Below, piece by piece: positions 57,156 through 64,000 of a stretch of 64,000 bases of DNA (position 1 is the stretch's first letter; every line of letters starts with the position of its first letter). The notes below the pieces were generated by a model. It ran no database searches. It saw only the letters and a program-made list of their open reading frames with translations, and was not told the origin of the DNA. Where the stretch lies: positions 10,199 through 74,198 of the forward strand of contig JAIYDT010000470.1 in NCBI GenBank assembly GCA_027487355.1, read 5' to 3'. The DNA is from Verrucomicrobiaceae bacterium (GTDB lineage: Bacteria; Verrucomicrobiota; Verrucomicrobiia; Verrucomicrobiales; Akkermansiaceae). The position numbers and the translations under genes are program-made.

Positions 57156-58268
57156 ATGGACGAACCATTGGCAGTACGGCTGGAACAGACTGGAGAGCGG
57201 GCACGCCGGTTGTTGGGCGGCGCAGGGATCGCGCGCGAAGGCCACGAGAGCACCGGAGGAGCGGGAGGCTGCCCCGACGACAACGATGCGAAGCTGCTCG
57301 CGGACCGGATTTCCAGCGAATCCTCAATTGGTAGCGCGGCGGCTGATGCCTTTGCGAGGGAGATTGTCACCTGTGCCCGAACCGCGCTTTGCAGGGTTCT
57401 GGATGGGAGTTCCTCGAAGTCGCTCACCGAGATGGAATCGCTGGCGCTCGAGTCGGTCATTCACGTCCGCGGACGACCGGCCCTGCGGGTCCTCGGAAAC
57501 AGGTTGGAAGGACTGGACCGGCATCCCGGGTCCGATTTTTGGCAGAACTACCTCGCCGGTTACGAGACGGAAATGATTGCCGCAGCTGGCGCTACCGGTG
57601 CCGCTTTTGTCAGCTCGTTTGCCATCGGATTTCCGGCGTGGGTCCAAGGCACGGCGTGGTTGATCGCTCCGAACCGGGTGGTGACGAACCGCCATGTGCT
57701 GCTTTCGCAGAGGGATGGAATAGATTTCGTGGAGTCAGATGGTCAGGGTGGGACGCACCTGCGGAGAGACTATAAGATTGTCATCGACTTCACTCATGAT
57801 CACCGGACGGACGACCCTCGGATCAGAAGGCAAGTGAAATCGATCCTCTATCTGGCAGCACCGGAAGATCCGGTGGACATCGCGGTTCTGGAAATCGAAC
57901 CGTTCGAGGCGGTGGCTCCTCTGGCACTCGACGCGGCAGGCTCGCTAGGAAACAATTTTTACGTCATCGGGCATCCAGGCACGATGAAGAACCCGCCTGC
58001 GGCCGTCGCAGCGGTGTTTGCCGACCTGGATGGGAAAAAGCGGGTGAGCTTCGGCAAACGGTTTGCCATCAATCAAGGGGGCCGCGATCTGGTGCACGAC
58101 GCCTCCACCGTCGGTGGCTACTCGGGGGGGCCGGTGGTGACGATCAGCAGCGGCAAGGTGAGCGGCCTGCACTACTACGGCGATCCTGTCGCGGGGAACT
58201 TAGCGGTTACCTCGGCTGCGATCCGTGGTCACGAGGTCTATCAGTATTTTCAGACGGGACACACATGA
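57156..58268 (+). CDS. Trypsin-like (V8-type) serine protease
   Basis: TNRHVL / DIAVL / GGYSGGP triad and GLHY. Confidence 0.88.
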   Translation: MDEPLAVRLEQTGERARRLLGGAGIAREGHESTGGAGGCPDDNDAKLLADRISSESSIGSAAADAFAREIVTCARTALCRVLDGSSSKSLTEMESLALESVIHVRGRPALRVLGNRLEGLDRHPGSDFWQNYLAGYETEMIAAAGATGAAFVSSFAIGFPAWVQGTAWLIAPNRVVTNRHVLLSQRDGIDFVESDGQGGTHLRRDYKIVIDFTHDHRTDDPRIRRQVKSILYLAAPEDPVDIAVLEIEPFEAVAPLALDAAGSLGNNFYVIGHPGTMKNPPAAVAAVFADLDGKKRVSFGKRFAINQGGRDLVHDASTVGGYSGGPVVTISSGKVSGLHYYGDPVAGNLAVTSAAIRGHEVYQYFQTGHT

Positions 58269-60394
58269 CACTGATAGAGATCATTTTGAAGAAAATCACC
58301 CCGGCCACCCTGGAACGGGTGGTGCAGGATCAAGGCATCCTCAGCGAGAAAGACCGCGCCGGCCTTTTTAAAGCGTCCGGATTGTCCCCTGAGGAGATTG
58401 CACAAAACACGGTTGCGGCTTATGGGGCGGACGCGCCCCGGCTGGCTTCAGGACTTTACGATCAGGTATGGGATACCGGAGACTGGGACACTGCGCAGGC
58501 GCTGCTGGAGCAGTTCCAAAGCGCTGGTGACGTGCGCTACCAGAACCATCAGGCCAGTCTAGTGGCGAGGAATCCGAATGTACCGCTGGCAGAGTTGGGA
58601 AAATTTTTGGACGCGGTGAAGCGGCAGATCTGCCTGATCGTTTGCCGGCGTGGAGCCGGAGGAGCGGTGACACGTGGCACAGGCTTTCTAATCGCCCCGG
58701 ATCTTGTCCTGACATGCCGCCATGTGCTTCAAGACTTCAATCCGGGCGACGACGTTTTTGCGGACGGCAACCGTATCGAGGTTTACTTTGATTTTGCGGA
58801 GGGTCGGGATCCGGTGGAGGACGTGGATGCCGTGCTGCCCAACGCGAAAAAGTTCGGTCTGTTCGCGCAATGGCATGTGGAAAGTTGTCCTGCCGTCATC
58901 CCCGATGGAGTCGTCGGCCCCCTGACGGTCGCGCAGAAGGCGCGGATATCGGCTTCCCTCGATTTTGTCCTGCTGAAGCTCGATCAGCAGGCGGGTCTGC
59001 AGCCGGTGGACAAGAGCGGCGGGCAGCGGAGGGAGTGGATTAAGGTATCGGCGGCCAATCCTCCAGGAAATCTTCAGTTAGATGATTGGATCATCATTCC
59101 GCAGCACCCCAACGGATTTCCCCTCAGGATCGACTTTGGACGGTTTCGAGAATCGGACCAGACCGGAACGCGAATCCGCTACAGCACAAACACCGCACCG
59201 GGAACGTCCGGAGCTCCTTGCTTTAATCAGAATTTCCATCTTGTCGGCATTCACAACGCCCACGTGGGACCGGCGGACAACCCTCTGGCTAACCAGGCGA
59301 TCCAATTCGAGCATATCAGGACGCACATCCAGAACCATCTTGCGGATTTGCCAGTGGTGGCACGGAATGCACGGCGGTGGTCGGTCTCGCGCAAGGACGA
59401 GGCACCGAGAGTGATTCTGGGCCGCGACGCACTGCTGGATTGGCTCGAGGTGTCCCGTCAGACGCCCACCACGTTGAGCGGGCGTGTCTACGTTGCTGTG
59501 GCCAAGGAACCGAGTGCCGGCTGTACTTTCTCATCGGAAATACTCCACTCCGAGTTCCGGGATCAAAAGAATCCTCGCGCAGTATACGGCTCCTCGGGCC
59601 AACAGCTTCCCTCAACGGCGGAGGACTTCCTAATCTCGCTGCTAAGAGATTTCAGTATTGATTACAAGTCCCTGCCGGAGGGCAAAAAGATGCCACCCCG
59701 GCCCGGGACCGATACGACGGGTCCATTGCCAGCAGAGGTCGACAAGCTGGAGAGGTGGCTCTCGGACGAACTACCAATGTGGTTGGGAGACGTCGTCACC
59801 ATCCACGTCGAACGGGAAATCGACGCGCGGGAGGCAGCGCGACAATTGATTGCCGATTTTACTCAGGAAGGGATTCCAATCCCCGCGGATGTGAGAGCTA
59901 GGGCGGAGGCGGAAGCGCCGATTATTCGACGGCGAGATCTGTGGGACTGCGCCTACGTGGTGATCGATGACCTGCGCGACCCAAGCTATCTCGGCCCGGG
60001 GCTGCGCACCGAGTTCAGCCAGGAAGTGATCAATCTAGTCGCCGCCCTGATCAAGGGAAAGCCCGAGGCGGCAATGCCCCCGGGGCTGAAGCGGTTGCGC
60101 TGGATGTTTCTGGGATATCTGCCGGATTTCATCGGCATTGCCGACGGGAATCAGGACGGGGCCACGTTTGAAATGGTCACTCCGGCAGGTATTTCCGCAC
60201 AGCAGGTCTTCGAGATGTTCGACCGCATCGCGGAAGCGCGCTTGCCACTTGAAAATACATTCATCATCCGTGCAATGGCCAAATACCTCGTGGATGAAGA
60301 GAACGGGCGTGTGAGTTCCGAGGCCCGGCTGAAACGGCTGCAAGATGCGGTCAATCGATTCGTGGTCAATTTGTTCGAGGCGAAAAACAACTAA
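58265..60394 (+). CDS. Helical N-domain + trypsin-like protease + degenerate P-loop NTPase-like C-domain
   Basis: GTGFL, TCRHVL / LDFVLL / PGTSGAP; C-terminal ILGRD...PSAGCTFS...YVVIDDL lacks the Walker A lysine. Confidence 0.8.
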   Translation: MTLIEIILKKITPATLERVVQDQGILSEKDRAGLFKASGLSPEEIAQNTVAAYGADAPRLASGLYDQVWDTGDWDTAQALLEQFQSAGDVRYQNHQASLVARNPNVPLAELGKFLDAVKRQICLIVCRRGAGGAVTRGTGFLIAPDLVLTCRHVLQDFNPGDDVFADGNRIEVYFDFAEGRDPVEDVDAVLPNAKKFGLFAQWHVESCPAVIPDGVVGPLTVAQKARISASLDFVLLKLDQQAGLQPVDKSGGQRREWIKVSAANPPGNLQLDDWIIIPQHPNGFPLRIDFGRFRESDQTGTRIRYSTNTAPGTSGAPCFNQNFHLVGIHNAHVGPADNPLANQAIQFEHIRTHIQNHLADLPVVARNARRWSVSRKDEAPRVILGRDALLDWLEVSRQTPTTLSGRVYVAVAKEPSAGCTFSSEILHSEFRDQKNPRAVYGSSGQQLPSTAEDFLISLLRDFSIDYKSLPEGKKMPPRPGTDTTGPLPAEVDKLERWLSDELPMWLGDVVTIHVEREIDAREAARQLIADFTQEGIPIPADVRARAEAEAPIIRRRDLWDCAYVVIDDLRDPSYLGPGLRTEFSQEVINLVAALIKGKPEAAMPPGLKRLRWMFLGYLPDFIGIADGNQDGATFEMVTPAGISAQQVFEMFDRIAEARLPLENTFIIRAMAKYLVDEENGRVSSEARLKRLQDAVNRFVVNLFEAKNN

Positions 60395-60398
60395 CAAG

Positions 60399-63300
60399 AT
60401 GTCATCTCTTGAACAATCCTTTCTGAATCTCGTCCGGGAGGCGTTGAAGGAGCCGACGCTATCGCTGACACAGGCTCTGGAGAACCCGCTGGCCAGGGCG
60501 CTGATGGAGACCGTGCGGGGAAGCCTCGCGCGGGAGGAGGAATCGCGTAACGCGGAAGAGATCGCCAAGGTCCAGCCTCCGATCACATCGGCGGAGAATC
60601 CTTCGAAAGCCATCATGCGGGCGGCCATTGAGGACACCTTCGACATGGCCGAGCTCCGGCCGGACAAAGCAGAGCGGGACACCTTGTTAGATCGATCCGA
60701 CCTCGTGACCCTGGCGGGAGAGCGCCGCCTGCGGCTCACGGATACTGCACGCGCGGATATCCTGACAACGGTCTGGGAGAACGGTGACTTCCGAACGATG
60801 CTGGACAAGGCACTGGCCGCAGACAGCGAGGAGCACGAATCCATGGGCAAAGATCCCGTCCGGCTGATTTCTGCGTGGCTGCGCTGTTTCCTCACAAAAC
60901 AATCGTTCGATCTCAGCTCCGCACCACCTCGGGAACTCAAAGCGGCTCTGGCAGCCCGCGAGCGACTTCGCCTAGTTGAGAAATTGTCCCCGACCGTTCC
61001 GTCCTGTTCCGAGCTGGCGAACCGGGTCGGTCAGGCGGAACTGCTGGAGCCGCTGCGAGTGTTGATCGGAGCGGAAGGTGGCTGGGCTGGCTCGCCACAC
61101 ATGGATAATTTCGTCGGGCGGATCGATGAGCTGAAACAGTTGCGGGGATTTGTGGGCGAGCTTTCCTCGCACGGCGCGTTCGAATCGGTCTCCCGTTTCG
61201 CCCGTCGCACCACGCAGTCGTTGACGGGTCGTGAAGGCCCGGGACTATCCATCATTGAGGCGGGCGGAGGGCTGGGAAAATCGGCCTTGGTGGCGAAGTT
61301 CGTTCTCGATCATGCGCTTGGCCAATCACGACAATTTCCATTCGCCTATCTGGATTTTGACCGCGCCACACTGGATCCGGAGCGGCCCCTGCAAATCCTG
61401 CTGGAGATCACCCGGCAGATGGCACTTCAGTACCCCAAAGCTCGTGAGGATTTTTCCGAACTGGTGAGCGATATCCGGGCAGAACTCGCGGGTTCTACTC
61501 GTGAAAGTCCCACCAACAGAGCGACCATCAGGGATCCGTTTGCTAGGTTCGTCGAGATGCTCAGGAGGCACGCGACCTTCGGCGAACGCCCGTTCCTGCT
61601 CGTGCTTGATACACTGGAGGTCGTGCAGTGGAGCCCGAAGGCGATCGGGAAGCTGGCCAGTCTAGTCGAGCAATTCAGAGACAAGGGACTGGATGAATTA
61701 CGGGTGGTAGCCTGCGGTCGCGCTGACATCCCGGAACTCCGCGCAGTCTACAGGGAAGAGGCTCCGCCCATTCACCTAAAGCTGGCACCGCTCTTGAGCA
61801 ACGAGGCGCTCGAAATGGCGGAAAAACTCGGAAGGCGGGGGCTTGGCGACGCTTGGAAGCCGGGTTGGTCTGAAGCTATCGCCACGGGAAAAGCGAAATC
61901 CCCCGTCGCCCGTCTTCTTCTCGGTTGGATTGGCGTCGCGGATAACATCCGGCGGGAACCTCTAAGCGTGCGCGTAGCGGTTGATTTTGTAATACGAACC
62001 AATCCCACGGACCGACAAGGGGTCGTCGATGAGATTATCAGCGCGGGAGCGGATCCGAACGATGATTTTGTCGCCCGCTTGTATGAGAAGCGAATCCTGA
62101 ATCATATCCGGGACAGTGACGCGGGAAGGCTCGCATGGCCGGGTTTGGTGATCCGGCGGCTGACGGCGGAGATCGCAAGAGATGTCCTGGCTGAACTGTG
62201 CGGGATGTCGCCGGACTCGGCGGAAAGGGCGTTCTGCGCCCTTGGCAGAGAAATCTGGATGGTGGATCAAGACGGCGATGCACTCAAACACCGCGCGGAC
62301 TTGCGCGCCCGGACACTCCCTCTAATGAGGAGGAAGGATGAGGCGAAGTTTAACAATGTGGCCCGTGCAGCCGTGGCATATTACGAAAAGCACCGCGAAC
62401 GTAGCAGTGAAGACCGCATCGAGTGGCTTTATCATCGTCTTCTTGCCGGGAACTCGATTGAGCGGGAGGCTACGCCAGAAGATCTTTTGATATTGGCACG
62501 GTCGGAAGCGGACTTCGAGCCGGGGAGTGCAGCGGCCAGCTTCATTGTATCTCGGACCGCGAGCAAGCGCCTGGCTCCCTCGCGAATCCGCCACCTTCGC
62601 CCCATGGACGCCTTGTTGCACCTGAAGACCGTCGACCCAGGCGTCTTTGGATTGGACGACCGGAGTTTGGATAGTGTGATACTGCAATTGTCTGACCAGC
62701 TCGGCGAAGAGCAAGAAGTGGGCGATCTGCTGCCGTGGGCTCGCGCTCTATGGATCAAGACTGGAGCATGGGAGCGTCTGAAGGGAGAGACCTTTCTGGA
62801 GGATGGAGCTCTATTGCGACTGGAGCTTTTTTGGATGGCTAGGGTCACGGCTTCATCCGACCCGCAGACACGTTGGGCTCATTTAGAACAAGTGATGCAT
62901 GCATCTTCACGGAACCTGAGCAACGGTGAGCACCATGGATTCCGCGGAATGGTGCAAGCCATGGCCTTGGCGAGGCTGTTGGGCGCTGCTGTCTACCACG
63001 ACCTGGACGACCAGATTCTGAACGTACTTGTGTCCATGAAGCCGAACCCGGCACCCTCCACTCAAGCGGCCCTGAGGACGGCGATCATCTTCGGAGGGGT
63101 CTGTCGTGATCGTGCGCTTAAGCTATGGCTCTACACGCGGCGTCGTGGGCGCTCGGAGCGGGTTCGGACTCCCACGGTCTCCTATGCCGAACTCCGCGCG
63201 ATGAGCCTGCTTGTCCCGGACATGCGGAAGCTGTTTGGGTATGTTTCGGAGGAAGAGAATCCGGGATGCATTACTAATTACCAGGTTGTTTCGTCGTTCA

Positions 63301-64000
63301 CACGGGCACTTGACGAAATGAACGGCTTGATTTCCGAGGGTGCCACCAACATAGGTGCCGGGCTGGCGGCTGTTTTCGCATGTCGGCAGGAAGACTGGAT
63401 TGTTCCGCTCGCTTACGCTGCCGTACGTGCGACTGGCGGGCGGCTTCCAACAGAGGCCGTACAACGTCTCGCCGGGTATTCCACTCACGAGCTTGAACAG
63501 CGGGGTTCCGAGCAGGGCTCGAGAAATTCAATCGACCTTGTGGCGGCCATGCGTATAGCGGACGAAGCCGGTGATTTGCCGGGATTCGCACAACTCGTTC
63601 TCCAGCACTGCCCTCCCAGCTCTGCCTCCGACAGCCTCCGTGCGCTGATCCACTGCCAGGAGAACTGGATCACAGCGATTGCGGCGTTCGTCGCTTCCGC
63701 TCCATTGGCCACCCAAGTTCAATCGGCGATATCCGAGCCAAAAGAAGAACCTCCCGCGCCCGGGCCGGTCATTGACAAGGACGATCTGCAAAGAGGGAGA
63801 TGGGGAGGCCTGGCACATCGTGATGGTCGGCTACTGCGCGCTGTCCTAGAAAGTGTCGAACGGGATATCTTTTATTTCAACCTGATTGTCGAATCGACCG
63901 ACGGCTCTCCCCTTGTAGCACCGGTCCACTTCCATCTCCACGACACTTACGATCGCAACGCAATATCCATCCGACGTATCATCGAAGGAAGTTACGCGCA
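60399..64000 (+). CDS. STAND/AAA_16-type ATPase with helical repeats and a C-terminal pYEATS-like domain; 3'-truncated by the window and absent from the ORF track
   Basis: ATG at 60399. Spot translation in one frame gives FVGRIDEL, GGGLGKSALVAKF, YLDFDR, LLVLDTLE, ACGR and, at the end, DDLQRGRWGG...VHFHLHDTY. Confidence 0.85.
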   Translation, partial: MSSLEQSFLNLVREALKEPTLSLTQALENPLARALMETVRGSLAREEESRNAEEIAKVQPPITSAENPSKAIMRAAIEDTFDMAELRPDKAERDTLLDRSDLVTLAGERRLRLTDTARADILTTVWENGDFRTMLDKALAADSEEHESMGKDPVRLISAWLRCFLTKQSFDLSSAPPRELKAALAARERLRLVEKLSPTVPSCSELANRVGQAELLEPLRVLIGAEGGWAGSPHMDNFVGRIDELKQLRGFVGELSSHGAFESVSRFARRTTQSLTGREGPGLSIIEAGGGLGKSALVAKFVLDHALGQSRQFPFAYLDFDRATLDPERPLQILLEITRQMALQYPKAREDFSELVSDIRAELAGSTRESPTNRATIRDPFARFVEMLRRHATFGERPFLLVLDTLEVVQWSPKAIGKLASLVEQFRDKGLDELRVVACGRADIPELRAVYREEAPPIHLKLAPLLSNEALEMAEKLGRRGLGDAWKPGWSEAIATGKAKSPVARLLLGWIGVADNIRREPLSVRVAVDFVIRTNPTDRQGVVDEIISAGADPNDDFVARLYEKRILNHIRDSDAGRLAWPGLVIRRLTAEIARDVLAELCGMSPDSAERAFCALGREIWMVDQDGDALKHRADLRARTLPLMRRKDEAKFNNVARAAVAYYEKHRERSSEDRIEWLYHRLLAGNSIEREATPEDLLILARSEADFEPGSAAASFIVSRTASKRLAPSRIRHLRPMDALLHLKTVDPGVFGLDDRSLDSVILQLSDQLGEEQEVGDLLPWARALWIKTGAWERLKGETFLEDGALLRLELFWMARVTASSDPQTRWAHLEQVMHASSRNLSNGEHHGFRGMVQAMALARLLGAAVYHDLDDQILNVLVSMKPNPAPSTQAALRTAIIFGGVCRDRALKLWLYTRRRGRSERVRTPTVSYAELRAMSLLVPDMRKLFGYVSEEENPGCITNYQVVSSFTRALDEMNGLISEGATNIGAGLAAVFACRQEDWIVPLAYAAVRATGGRLPTEAVQRLAGYSTHELEQRGSEQGSRNSIDLVAAMRIADEAGDLPGFAQLVLQHCPPSSASDSLRALIHCQENWITAIAAFVASAPLATQVQSAISEPKEEPPAPGPVIDKDDLQRGRWGGLAHRDGRLLRAVLESVERDIFYFNLIVESTDGSPLVAPVHFHLHDTYDRNAISIRRIIEGSYA

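Noticed and set aside
1-64000. tRNA, rRNA or structured ncRNA genes
   Set aside because: None recognised by eye in the short intergenic regions; a covariance-model scan would be needed to exclude them.

Overview
This is a GC-rich bacterial accessory/defence island. The host is probably Verrucomicrobia, inferred from two TGTTC-N4-GAACA-type LexA boxes in front of imuA-like remnants. From left to right: (1) a NitT/TauT-type ABC transporter, a degenerate histidine-kinase-like gene and an unusual sigma-54 activator, followed by a membrane protein carrying a microsatellite and an OmpA lipoprotein; (2) a scrambled hotspot with a duplicated gene end, helicase and IS5 remnants and a NYN-LOTUS gene; (3) a large DNA phosphorothioation locus with a dnd-associated methyltransferase, a second methyltransferase, dndA and dndBCDE, and a convergent Pbe-like operon that has two pbeBCD-like modules, an embedded DUF262/DUF1524 gene and an SBD-HNH protein with a degenerate active site; (4) an integrase-less satellite-like element (P4/D5 primase-helicase, iteron palindrome, radical SAM fusion) between two LexA-box/imuA 5' ends; (5) a co-directional cluster of at least 24 kb with two giant unknown proteins, a 3-TM amidase-like protein, a subtilase, three V8-like trypsin proteases (one fused to an endonuclease, one to a degenerate NTPase) and a STAND ATPase-pYEATS gene that runs off the window. 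Blocks 3 and 5 are the best candidates for undescribed systems. All family calls come from motifs recognised by eye; no searches were run.
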